A stretch of 64,000 nucleotides of DNA from Christensenellaceae bacterium (GCA_948890655.1 CAQTYU010000006.1:7655-71654); one strand, 5' to 3'. Positions 45,806 to 54,686 are shown, counted from the first letter of the stretch. A program made the numbers and translations. Notes: generated from the sequence alone by a model not told the origin.

Positions 45806-45807
45806 TC

Positions 45808-45825
45808 GGAGGACATACCAAAATG
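45808..45825 (+). promoter_or_regulatory. start-associated sequence copy H
   Basis: This is an exact GGAGGACATACCAAAATG, followed by AAC. Confidence 0.85.
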
Positions 45826-46407
45826 AACAAAATCACACTTACAAGCGACCAACTCAAGAGAGTATTTGAGGTCGCGCAAAGCGCAATCTCTAAAGATGTG
45901 GCGCGCCCGGTATTACAATACGCCAAGGCTACCGTAAAGGGTAGCGAGCTCACAGTGGTGGCGTGCGGCGGCTGGCGCCTTTCAAGGTATAAGCTGGAGC
46001 TCAAAGAACAGGAGGCGGATTTCGGTTTTTATTTCAAGCCTTTTGCGCTCCCCAAGACGTTAATATCCGCGGAAATAGAAAAACTCGACGACAAGGTGAT
46101 ATTTACGCTTAACTGCTCGGAGTGGCAGCAAAGCTATATTTTCCCGCAGCCGTCCGGTGATTTTATCGACGCGGACAAAATTATACCGCCGAGAGCAGAG
46201 GGTTACTCTATAGCGTTTAACGCCAAGGGCTTAATAGAGGCACTCAAGCCTTTTGCTAAATCGGGCGACCGTTACCACATTGTCAAGCTCAATTTTGTGC
46301 CAGTAAACAGTGGCGGCACAAACGCAACGAGCCCCGGAACGCTTACGGGCAAAATCGACGACGCAAACGTGGAAATACTCGTGCTGCCGGTGCGCTGCAC
46401 GGATTAA
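45823..46407 (+). CDS. short DnaN (beta sliding clamp)-like protein, 194 aa
   Basis: The N-terminus (..L..V....SAISKD.ARPVL......V.G.ELTVVA.) resembles clamp domain I. The middle GDFIDADKIIP resembles the G.(F/Y)PDY..VIP linker. The C-terminus ..ISFNAKGLIEALK...VEILVLPVR resembles the DnaN C-terminal end. Confidence 0.5.
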   Translation: MNKITLTSDQLKRVFEVAQSAISKDVARPVLQYAKATVKGSELTVVACGGWRLSRYKLELKEQEADFGFYFKPFALPKTLISAEIEKLDDKVIFTLNCSEWQQSYIFPQPSGDFIDADKIIPPRAEGYSIAFNAKGLIEALKPFAKSGDRYHIVKLNFVPVNSGGTNATSPGTLTGKIDDANVEILVLPVRCTD

Positions 46408-46418
46408 AAGGTGGCGAT

Positions 46419-47522
46419 ATGGAAAAAGACGAATTAAAGTATTTGCAAGCGTTTGATTTCCCGCACAAGGTTATGCGCTCGCAGACAAAAATACTCGAGT
46501 ACATACTAAAACTTAAGGGCAAGGTGTATGTGGCATTTTCCGGAGGCGTCGATAGTACGGTGCTGCTGGATATGACTTGCCGAGTATGGGCGTCGCTTGA
46601 CGAATACCGCGACAAGCCGCTCACGGTTATATTTGCCGACACCGGCAACGAGTTTATGGCGATACGCCGCTTTGTGGTGGAATTCTGCGAGATATGCGAA
46701 AAGCGCCACGGTATTAAAATCGACCTCATAAAGGCGCGCAATAAAGATATAAATTTCTACAATATCCCCGCGACGGTCGGCTATCCGGTGGTAAGCAAAA
46801 AGGTTTCCCGTATGATAAGAGATATACGGACGTGGTGCCGCGAGATTATGGCAGCGCACCAAATCGAGGGCGGGCTTACCCGGGAGGTATTCGAGCGCAT
46901 AATCGTGGAGTACGAGCCCGAAATGACGCACACTATACGCCTTTACTTTACCGGGGTTACAAGCAAAGGGAAAAAGTGCAAGAGCCGCAAGCTGCCGCTC
47001 AAGTGGTATAAACTTTGTTATGCACCTTTTGAGGTGAGCGAAAAGTGCTGCGACATTATCAAAAAAGACCCTTGCAAAGCGGAGGCTAAAAAGCGCAAAC
47101 TTTACGGGCTGGTGGCTACTATGGCAAGCGACAGCAAGCAAAGAGAAAGCGCCTACCTCGCCACTGGCTGCAACTCTTTTAACGGGAGCCGCACAAAAAG
47201 CCAGCCTATGGGCTTTTGGTTTACGGACGACGTAACGGAGTACCTCCGTACCTATTCGCTGGAGTATTGCAAAGATGTTTACGGGGATATTTGCCCGCCG
47301 GGTAGCAGTAAACGCTTTACGAAAGAGCAACATACTGGCTGCAAGCTTTGTCTTTTCGGGTGCCACCTTGAGGACGAGCCCAACCGCATACAGCGCCTTG
47401 CCAGTACGGAGCCCAAGATGTACGACTTTGCTATCAGAAAGGAACAGGGCGGACTAAACTACGGCGAGGTTATGGACTACCTCGGAATACCTTACAAAGT
47501 GGAGGGCGGCGGCAATGAGTAA
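46419..47522 (+). CDS. PAPS-reductase-family PP-loop ATPase with C-terminal Cys cluster (DndC-like architecture)
   Basis: The PP-loop is AFSGGVDSTV and the C-terminal cluster is C-KL-C-LFG-C. The product is 367 aa. Confidence 0.7.
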   Translation: MEKDELKYLQAFDFPHKVMRSQTKILEYILKLKGKVYVAFSGGVDSTVLLDMTCRVWASLDEYRDKPLTVIFADTGNEFMAIRRFVVEFCEICEKRHGIKIDLIKARNKDINFYNIPATVGYPVVSKKVSRMIRDIRTWCREIMAAHQIEGGLTREVFERIIVEYEPEMTHTIRLYFTGVTSKGKKCKSRKLPLKWYKLCYAPFEVSEKCCDIIKKDPCKAEAKKRKLYGLVATMASDSKQRESAYLATGCNSFNGSRTKSQPMGFWFTDDVTEYLRTYSLEYCKDVYGDICPPGSSKRFTKEQHTGCKLCLFGCHLEDEPNRIQRLASTEPKMYDFAIRKEQGGLNYGEVMDYLGIPYKVEGGGNE

Positions 47523-47820
47523 GTTACACGACCTTAAAATACTGAAAGAATATTTTGACGCAAAGCTCGCCGGGGTAAAGCCGTTTGAAATCCGCTACAA
47601 CGACCGGGATTTCCAAGTGGGCGATTATTTGCGGCTCCGCGAAATTGTGCCGATACCGGATACGTCGCCCGTTATGTACGAGTACACCGGGCGGGTACTC
47701 ATTACGGAGGTGCTCTATATCCTCAAAGGCGTGGGGCTGCAAGACGGTTACGTCGCGCTGGGTGAGCGTCCCGAGGATTACCTCGAAAACGATTTCCCCG
47801 AGGGAGGCGGCAATGGATAA
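47515..47820 (+). CDS. DUF3850 (ASCH/PUA-like) domain protein
   Basis: HDLKILKEYFDAKLAGVKPFEIRYNDRDFQVGDYLRLRE is the DUF3850 signature. Confidence 0.8.
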   Translation: MSKLHDLKILKEYFDAKLAGVKPFEIRYNDRDFQVGDYLRLREIVPIPDTSPVMYEYTGRVLITEVLYILKGVGLQDGYVALGERPEDYLENDFPEGGGNG

Positions 47821-48031
47821 ACCGATACAAGGCTTTGCCGGCTGCACTGTCAACGAGCACGGGGAGGTAAAGGTAAACGGAAAGGTGGGAGCGGTATTTG
47901 TATCAATCGCAGCCGCAGCGAAATATTACGGCTGTAACTACCGGAGCCTTTTTGAGGCGGTAAAGAACGGAACACCCTACAAGGGGCACCTATGGCGGCA
48001 CTGCCGTATCGACATCATACTGGAGGAGTAA
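47813..48031 (+). CDS. small NUMOD1-like DNA-binding protein (72 aa)
   Basis: ATG 47813 overlaps the upstream gene by 8 nt. S...AAKYYGCNYRSLFEAVKNG.PYKGHLW resembles NUMOD1 HTH modules. It is the downstream part of track ORF 47585-48031. Confidence 0.5.
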   Translation: MDKPIQGFAGCTVNEHGEVKVNGKVGAVFVSIAAAAKYYGCNYRSLFEAVKNGTPYKGHLWRHCRIDIILEE

Positions 48032-48448
48032 ATGGACGTTAAACAATGGCTTTTGCGAGCCTATCGCATAGACCAGCAGATACAAAGCAAAAACGAGCAA
48101 ATCGAGATGTGGGAAACGCTCGCGCAGAAAGTTACGAGCGACCCCTCGGCACTGCCGGGCGGAGGCGGCGGGTACTCCAGCAGGGTGGAAACGTATTGCA
48201 TAAAGATAGCGGACGCACAGGCGGAAATCGAGCGCCAACGCGACGAGCTTATCAGCGTGCGCCGTGAAATAGAGGAGGCAATCAACAAGGTGCAAAATGT
48301 AACGCTGCGGCTCTTACTGGAGCAACGCTATTTGCTTTGCAAAGGCTGGGAGGACATAGCGGAGTTTATGGGGTACTGCGTCGAGTACGTCAAGAGGGAT
48401 ATACACAGGCAAGCCCTCCGCGCAGCTCGTGAAATTATAGCCCCCTAA
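48032..48448 (+). CDS. phage late-gene transcriptional regulator (DUF1492 / sigma-70 region-4-like, RinA/ArpU class)
   Basis: The N-terminal pattern is WL..YR.ID..I. The C-terminal LLLEQRYLLCKGWEDIAEFMGYCVEYVKRDIHRQAL resembles sigma region 4. The gene is the last one before the packaging module. Confidence 0.65.
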   Translation: MDVKQWLLRAYRIDQQIQSKNEQIEMWETLAQKVTSDPSALPGGGGGYSSRVETYCIKIADAQAEIERQRDELISVRREIEEAINKVQNVTLRLLLEQRYLLCKGWEDIAEFMGYCVEYVKRDIHRQALRAAREIIAP

Positions 48449-48664
48449 ATATTCACTTTTACCCTTTTTTATCTTGCCAAAATGCAATATAATGTACAAT
48501 GTGCTCAAGCACAAATCCCGCGGGGCGACCGAGAGGCGCGGGAAAACTGTTTGATTTCGCCGTCGGTATGTTCATTTTGGTAAAAACCTCCTTAAAAGAT
48601 TATACACGACTTGCAAGGCGGGACGGTTTAACAGTTTTACCTCCGCCGAGCAAATCCACGTCAA

Positions 48665-48693
48665 AGCTCTACCGCCCGGTAGGGCTTTTATTA
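48665..48693 (+). terminator. rho-independent terminator ending the early/middle transcription unit
   Basis: A 9-bp stem (48665-48673 with 48678-48686, one G-U pair) closes a 4-nt loop and TTTTATTA follows. Confidence 0.65.
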
Positions 48694-49100
48694 TGGGGGT
48701 TACAATGGACGCACGCAAAAAACAAACAAAGGCGGCAGCAGCAAAATGAGTATTACACCTTAAAAGAGATTGAGCGGCTCGTTGAGCAACTCAATTACGA
48801 AACGGTAAAAATCGAAATCGTTATGCCGCACGATAAGGTGCTTATGCTCGAAAAGACAAAGCACCGACCTATCGGCTTTTAACGTAAGCGGTAAGCCCGG
48901 CTGCCGGGCGGCGGGCAATAGCTCGCAATACAAGGGGCAGCACCTTGACCGCTTGCCAAAGGGAGCAACAGCGCGGGTAGCGCTGGAGGGAAAACAGACA
49001 ACAACACAATTAAAGAGGCGGCTTTTGAGGGTTTCGTCGTTGTCAATCAATCTATACCACGCAGGAGGTACACAATAGAACAGTAAGGAGGCACAACATA

Positions 49101-49520
49101 GTGGGACATAGTAAACTCACCGACAAAGAGAAAAAGCAAATACTGGCTCACTATGTGGAAACGCAAAACTATTCAGAAACGGCACGCTTAACGGGTGTAT
49201 CAAGGGCAACCGTGCAGCGTGTCGTTAAAAATATGCCCAATGTGAGCGAAAAAGTGCACCAAAAAAACGAGCAAAACACCAAGGACGTGCTGGGCTATAT
49301 GCAGACGCAAAAGGAAACCGTTTGCAAGCTCATTACGACGTACCTTTCTGCTATGCTCGACCCCGAGAAAATCAAAAAGGCAAACGTGGTGCAGCTCGCC
49401 ACAGCGCTGGGCATATTGATTGATAAGTTTACGACGCAGGACGAAAAGCCCGCGGATACCTCACTTATGGAGGCGCTGCTCAATGCGGTAAAGGGAGGCG
49501 GCAATGGCGATACAGTTTAG
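49101..49520 (+). CDS. terS: terminase small subunit (HTH type)
   Basis: An AAGGAGG RBS precedes the GTG start. The N-terminal HTH is NYSETARLTGVSRATVQRVV. The gene lies immediately upstream of, and overlaps, terL. Confidence 0.7.
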   Translation: MGHSKLTDKEKKQILAHYVETQNYSETARLTGVSRATVQRVVKNMPNVSEKVHQKNEQNTKDVLGYMQTQKETVCKLITTYLSAMLDPEKIKKANVVQLATALGILIDKFTTQDEKPADTSLMEALLNAVKGGGNGDTV

Positions 49521-50808
49521 TGATAAGCAGCTCGCGCTTATACGGCGCCCGTTTATTGACGGCAGCCTCGAGGTAAACGAGGGGACGCCGAGGAGTGGCA
49601 AGACAACCGCCGGAGCTTTCAGAGCGGCGCGCTACTACATAGAAACGCAAGACCGCGACCACCTCGTACTCGGGTATAATCACGAACAGGCTTTCAAGCT
49701 GTTTATAGACTGCGACGGTATGGGGCTGCTCCACATATTCGCCGGTAACTGCCGGATACGGCACGACCCCGATTATGGGGATTTCCTCGGAATTACCACT
49801 CCGGACGGACGCGGCGGCAGCACTGAAAAGCGTATATTTTACAAAGGTGGCGGCAAAGCAGACAGTTACAAGTCTTTCCAAGGCTTGAGTTTCGGCTCCG
49901 TCGTCTTTTTGGAAATAGACCTCTTGCACTCGAACACGTGGCAAGAGGCTTTCCGTCGTACAATGGCAGCGCGCAAGAGGTGGCACCTTGCAGACCTCAA
50001 CCCGCCGAGCCCGCAGCACCCCGTTATTAAAGACGTATTCGAGGCGCAGCGGACTATATGGCAACACTGGACAATGGACGACAACCCGATACTCACGCCG
50101 GAGCGCAAGCAAGCCCTTTACGAGCAGCTCAAGAAAAGCCCGTACTTGTATGAGCGCGACTGGCTGGGGCACCGCTGTATCCCGCAGGGCGTTATATATT
50201 CTATGTTTTCACAGCGCGAGAACGTCAAGGCAAAGCTCGAGGGTGATATTGTGGAAATGTATTTCTCGGGCGACGGCGGACTATCGGACGCGACGAGCGT
50301 ATGCTGCAACATAGTTACCCGCGACAGTAAGGGCGGCAAGCCTATTTATCGGCTTTACCGCGCCGCAAATTACTACTATAGCGGCAGCGACACGGGCACC
50401 GTCAAAGCTATGAGCGTACAAGCGCGAGAAATCGCCCTCACGTTCGTGCCGTGGTGCCGTAACAAATTCGGACGACGGGAAACGTGTTTGCTCATAGACC
50501 CCGCTTGCAAGGCGCTACGCGAGGAGTTAAAGCTCTACGGGCTGGACGCAAGGAACGCCGACAACAACGGGCACGAAATCGCCGGGAATTCCAAAGGTAT
50601 AAAGGTCGGTATTGAGCGCGTGCAGTCCTCTATCGAGGAGCGCCGGCTCTTGTGGCTTGATACCGAGGAGTACGGGCATTATGATTGTTTCCGAGAGCTG
50701 GGGCTTTACGTGCGCGACCAGCACGGCAACCCGGTTGACGCATACAACCACGCAATGGACGATATGCGTTACGGGCACAATTATTTTTATAAGCATTACA
50801 TCAAATAG
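49504..50808 (+). CDS. terL: terminase large subunit (PBSX-type)
   Basis: Walker A is GTPRSGKT and Walker B-like is VVFLEID. The C-terminal nuclease-region acidic motif is HAMDDMRY. The product is 434 aa. Confidence 0.88.
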   Translation: MAIQFSDKQLALIRRPFIDGSLEVNEGTPRSGKTTAGAFRAARYYIETQDRDHLVLGYNHEQAFKLFIDCDGMGLLHIFAGNCRIRHDPDYGDFLGITTPDGRGGSTEKRIFYKGGGKADSYKSFQGLSFGSVVFLEIDLLHSNTWQEAFRRTMAARKRWHLADLNPPSPQHPVIKDVFEAQRTIWQHWTMDDNPILTPERKQALYEQLKKSPYLYERDWLGHRCIPQGVIYSMFSQRENVKAKLEGDIVEMYFSGDGGLSDATSVCCNIVTRDSKGGKPIYRLYRAANYYYSGSDTGTVKAMSVQAREIALTFVPWCRNKFGRRETCLLIDPACKALREELKLYGLDARNADNNGHEIAGNSKGIKVGIERVQSSIEERRLLWLDTEEYGHYDCFRELGLYVRDQHGNPVDAYNHAMDDMRYGHNYFYKHYIK

Positions 50809-50820
50809 GAGGCTCGGCAA

Positions 50821-52425
50821 ATGGGCTTATTTGAAAAAATCAAAGGAGCGTTCGGTAAAATGGGCGGAAAATTTGCAGCACCGCAGACGGTGAAAGACAT
50901 TTTCGACATAAACGGCGTGCCCAGCTTTCGACAATTTTATGAAAGCGGGATATTGATATGGAAACGCATATACCGCGGTTACTATTCACAGTGGCACGAC
51001 GTCAAGGCTCCGACCATAAACGACAGCGGCGCAAAGCGTCGGCGTGATACACTCAACGCCGGCAAAGCCGTTTGCAGTGAACTGGCGGGGCTTATATGGG
51101 CAGAGAGGTGCAGCGTCGGAGTATCGCGTAAGGATTACAAAGCGGACGAAAAGCACCCCGACAAGCTGGCGGCGTTCGTTGAGCACGTACTTAACGAAAA
51201 CAATTTCAACACAAAAATGCGCGAGCATATCGAGCAAGTTATGGCGCTGGGCGGCGGTACCTTAAAAACGTGGTGCGACATCAAAAAGGACGAAAACGGC
51301 GCCGACATCAAAGGCTCGGAAAAAATCAAGGTCGGCTATGGTATGGCAGACCAATTCGTCCCGCTTGCGTGGAACAACGCCGAGGTTACGGAGGGCGTTT
51401 TTATTTCCCGCGAGGCGAAAGCCGGATACTATTACACAAGGCTGGAGTTTCACCACTGGGACGGCAGCGAGTACGTTATAAGCAATGAGTTATACCGTCA
51501 TAAAATCGGCAGCTCGGAAAATCAAGACATATTCGGGGAGCGCGTGCCGCTCAATGAGTTATACGTAAACCTTTCCAGCGAGGCAAAGGTAAGCGGCTTG
51601 CAAAGGTCGCTTTTTTCGTATTATCGCACGAACATAGCAAACAACCTCGACGACAACAGCCCGCTGGGGGTAAGTATTTACGCAAATGCACTCTCAACGC
51701 TTAAAGCGCTGGACGTTTGTTTTGACAGCTTTGTGCGCGAGTTTACGCTGGGCAAAAAGCGAATAATCGTGCCGTCGTCCGCTATCAGATACGTAAACAA
51801 CCCGGACACCGGGCAGCGGTGCCGTTATTTCGACGCCGACGACGAGGTTTACGAGGCAATGGACACGGACGACCTCGAGAGCTTGCAAATCAAGGACAAC
51901 ACGGTGGAGTTGCGCGTCGAGGAGCACGAGGCGGCAATCAACGCCTTTCTCGGTATCCTTTCCTTTCAGCTGGGGCTTTCGCCCGGCACTCTTACCTTTG
52001 ACAAGGTGGAGGGGCTCAAGACTGCTACCGAGGTTATCTCGGAAAAATCCAAGACCTACAAGACAGTAAAACAACATCAAAGCAGCGTCGAGGAGGCAGT
52101 CAAAAAGCTGGTGCGCAACATCATAGACGTGGCAATCCTTTACGGCATAGAGTACGAGGGTGAAAGCGTCGAAAGCCTTGCGGCTGGCGGGTACGACATT
52201 GCAATCTTTTTCGACGACGCTATTATCCAAGACCGACAAACGAACATCAACGAGGGAGTGCTGCTTGTGAGCAATTCGCTTATGAGCAAAAAAAAGTTTA
52301 TGACCGATAAACTCGGATACACTCCGGAGGAGGCGGACGCGGAGCTCGGACAAATAGCTGCGGAAAGCAATATCACCGGCGCCACGATAGACTTTTCAAC
52401 GCTATTCCCGAAAGGGGGTAGTTAA
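50821..52425 (+). CDS. portal protein
   Basis: The 534-aa product is encoded directly downstream of terL. Size and position are typical of SPP1-type portals. Confidence 0.75.
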   Translation: MGLFEKIKGAFGKMGGKFAAPQTVKDIFDINGVPSFRQFYESGILIWKRIYRGYYSQWHDVKAPTINDSGAKRRRDTLNAGKAVCSELAGLIWAERCSVGVSRKDYKADEKHPDKLAAFVEHVLNENNFNTKMREHIEQVMALGGGTLKTWCDIKKDENGADIKGSEKIKVGYGMADQFVPLAWNNAEVTEGVFISREAKAGYYYTRLEFHHWDGSEYVISNELYRHKIGSSENQDIFGERVPLNELYVNLSSEAKVSGLQRSLFSYYRTNIANNLDDNSPLGVSIYANALSTLKALDVCFDSFVREFTLGKKRIIVPSSAIRYVNNPDTGQRCRYFDADDEVYEAMDTDDLESLQIKDNTVELRVEEHEAAINAFLGILSFQLGLSPGTLTFDKVEGLKTATEVISEKSKTYKTVKQHQSSVEEAVKKLVRNIIDVAILYGIEYEGESVESLAAGGYDIAIFFDDAIIQDRQTNINEGVLLVSNSLMSKKKFMTDKLGYTPEEADAELGQIAAESNITGATIDFSTLFPKGGS

Positions 52426-54446
52426 TGGCAGGGCTGCCTCGTGATTTCCTCGAACAGCTGGCGCAGCCGCTTATCGACGTATATACCAGTATAGAGGACG
52501 AGCTTATCCAAAACATTGCAAAGCGTTTTAATACCGGCAAGGGATTGACGACGCAAGAGTGGCAGCTTAAAAAGCTGGCAGAGCTCGGCGGGCTCACGCA
52601 AGACAATATCAAAACTATTGCCAAGTATGTGGGGCAAGTGCCGGAACTGGTACAAACCGCGCTTGAAAGTGCAGCCTTTCAAGCACTCAAAGAGCTTGAG
52701 CCGCAATTCGCGGAGGCGGTGAGGCTGGGATACCTAAACCCGACCGATACGCCGCTTATGAGCGAAAGCGTCAAGCAAGCAATATCAAACTATGCAAAGC
52801 AAGCACTGGACGATTTCAACCTCGTAAATACTACAATGCTTAACAGCTCGCTGGACGCATACCGAAAGGGTATTACAAACACCGTCAGCGCCGCGACATA
52901 CGACAGCGCCCAAAAAACTATGAACGTGGCAGCTGGCGAGGTTGTTACTGGAGTAAAGAGCCGACAAAAAGCACTCTCGGACGCAATCAAGAAAATGGCA
53001 AACGAGGGTATAACAGCCTTTTACGATAGAGCCGGGCGCAAGTGGTCGCCCGAGGCTTATGTCAATATGGACATACGAACGACTGCAACAAACACCGCCC
53101 ACGCGACAACCTTTGCAAAATGCGACGATTACGGGCTTGACCTTATAGAGATAAGCTCGCACGCCGGCGCTCGCCCGAAATGTGCAAACGACCAAGGCAA
53201 GCTATTTTCACGGTCGAATAAGAGCGGCACCGTCCGCGACGGCAACGGGCAAAATATCACATATTACCCGTGGAGCTCGAGCAGCAACGGCGCCCCCGAC
53301 GGTATCCTCGGTATCAACTGCGGACATTTTGCAAGCCCGTTTTTCCCCGGCTTATCGTACAAACGCAGCGAGGAAACGCAAGACTTTGAAAAGAACGCAA
53401 AAGAGTACGCACAAAGCCAGCAGCAGCGTGCGCTCGAGCGCGACGTCAAAGAGGCAAAGCGCGAGGTTATGGCGCAAAAAGCGGCGGGAAATCAAGAGGC
53501 TTACGAGGAGGCGGCGGCAGCGCTTAAAGCCAAGCAAGACAAATACAAGAGCTTTTGCTCGGATACAGGCAGAACACCTCGAAATGACCGCTTGCAAGTC
53601 AATGGATACGACCGCAGAACTGCGGCGGACGTTGCCAAGACAAACAGAGAGGCGGCGGAGCGCTTAAAGCGTGAGGCGGCGGGCGGCTTGACAAAAGAGC
53701 CCGAAAAGCCTATAATAAAGACCGACAAAGTAAAAGACGCTTACGGTGCAGAGCGCGCAAGGGCGGTCGGCGAGCAAGTGGCAAATGCGCCGCCTATTTT
53801 CGGCGAGGTATGGAACAAGTACGCGGATAACATAGGCTTTGATAGTACGACGTACCGCGGCACTGCACACTATAGCCCGGCGTCGGGTAAAGTGAGCCTC
53901 AACCTTGAGCGGGACGCACTGGGTACCGCGAACAAGCCGGCTTATGAAACTACTTTCCACGAGCTGGGGCACCTTTTCGACCATAACGCTGGCGCAGACG
54001 GTTACGGCTCCCGCTTTTTTGCAGCGTCGGGCAGATATTCCGGCGGCATATTCAGCAGCACCATAAAGGCGGAGGTGGAGGCTTATACCAAAGCCGTGCA
54101 AGAGCGTTTGCGTGCGGAGGCGGTGGCAAAAGGGCTCAAGGCGTCAAGTGTGCTCATAGGCGACGCGAGGCGAGCTATTCGCTCCGAGATATGGGAGCTT
54201 GCGAAAACTCACGGAGCAATCGCCACGGGCGACATTTCCGACATTTTCGAGGGGGCTACTCGCGGAAAGATTACCGGAACAGCAGGGCACGGAGCAAGCT
54301 ACTGGAGCAGCCACGACGTAAGCGTGGAGGCGTTCGCGGAAATGTTCAGCGCGTCAATATGCAATCCGGCGTCGCTTGCGCAAATACAACACTTTTTCCC
54401 GCAGTCATACAACATCTTTTTGCAGATACTTAAGTCTATGATATAG
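52425..54446 (+). CDS. MuF/SPP1 gp7-like minor head protein fused to a C-terminal HExxH domain
   Basis: The N-terminal ~330 aa are typical of minor capsid protein 2 / head morphogenesis proteins (..NCGH...). A Lys/Glu/Ala-rich linker follows. The C-terminal ~200 aa carry HELGH (residues 512-516, nt 53958-53972) and a downstream EAFAE. Confidence 0.75.
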   Translation: MAGLPRDFLEQLAQPLIDVYTSIEDELIQNIAKRFNTGKGLTTQEWQLKKLAELGGLTQDNIKTIAKYVGQVPELVQTALESAAFQALKELEPQFAEAVRLGYLNPTDTPLMSESVKQAISNYAKQALDDFNLVNTTMLNSSLDAYRKGITNTVSAATYDSAQKTMNVAAGEVVTGVKSRQKALSDAIKKMANEGITAFYDRAGRKWSPEAYVNMDIRTTATNTAHATTFAKCDDYGLDLIEISSHAGARPKCANDQGKLFSRSNKSGTVRDGNGQNITYYPWSSSSNGAPDGILGINCGHFASPFFPGLSYKRSEETQDFEKNAKEYAQSQQQRALERDVKEAKREVMAQKAAGNQEAYEEAAAALKAKQDKYKSFCSDTGRTPRNDRLQVNGYDRRTAADVAKTNREAAERLKREAAGGLTKEPEKPIIKTDKVKDAYGAERARAVGEQVANAPPIFGEVWNKYADNIGFDSTTYRGTAHYSPASGKVSLNLERDALGTANKPAYETTFHELGHLFDHNAGADGYGSRFFAASGRYSGGIFSSTIKAEVEAYTKAVQERLRAEAVAKGLKASSVLIGDARRAIRSEIWELAKTHGAIATGDISDIFEGATRGKITGTAGHGASYWSSHDVSVEAFAEMFSASICNPASLAQIQHFFPQSYNIFLQILKSMI

Positions 54447-54458
54447 GAGGTTAAGACA

Positions 54459-54629
54459 ATGGCAGACGAGTATATCGACCTTTTAATGCAATATCAAGAT
54501 AAATTCGGGAAGCCTTATTTGCTTAATCCCGAGTATCAGACCGACGAGGAGGTTATCGCCGGCATAAAGCAGTGCCTTGAAACCGGAAAACCCCGGCAAA
54601 AGGATAGCGGCAGCGACACGATAATATAA
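54459..54629 (+). CDS. small hypothetical protein (56 aa), not in the supplied ORF track
   Basis: A strong TAGGAGG RBS lies 8 nt upstream of ATG 54459. The product is MADEYIDLLMQYQDKFGKPYLLNPEYQTDEEVIAGIKQCLETGKPRQKDSGSDTII. A terminator follows directly. Confidence 0.6.
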   Translation: MADEYIDLLMQYQDKFGKPYLLNPEYQTDEEVIAGIKQCLETGKPRQKDSGSDTII

Positions 54630-54634
54630 GCGAA

Positions 54635-54661
54635 AGCTCACCAATTCGGTGGGCTTTTTTC
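54635..54661 (+). terminator. rho-independent terminator inside the late region
   Basis: AGCTCACC pairs with GGTGGGCT (one G-U pair) around an AATTC loop, followed by TTTTTT. Confidence 0.65.
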
Positions 54662-54686
54662 ATACCGTTATATCAGCACCACGCGC

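Noticed and set aside
48499-48882. A 127-aa plus-strand ORF between the late regulator and terS.
   Set aside because: It has no RBS at any candidate start, reads through a rho-independent terminator at 48665-48693, and has an odd composition. I treat it as non-coding, though the last ~45 codons cannot be fully excluded.
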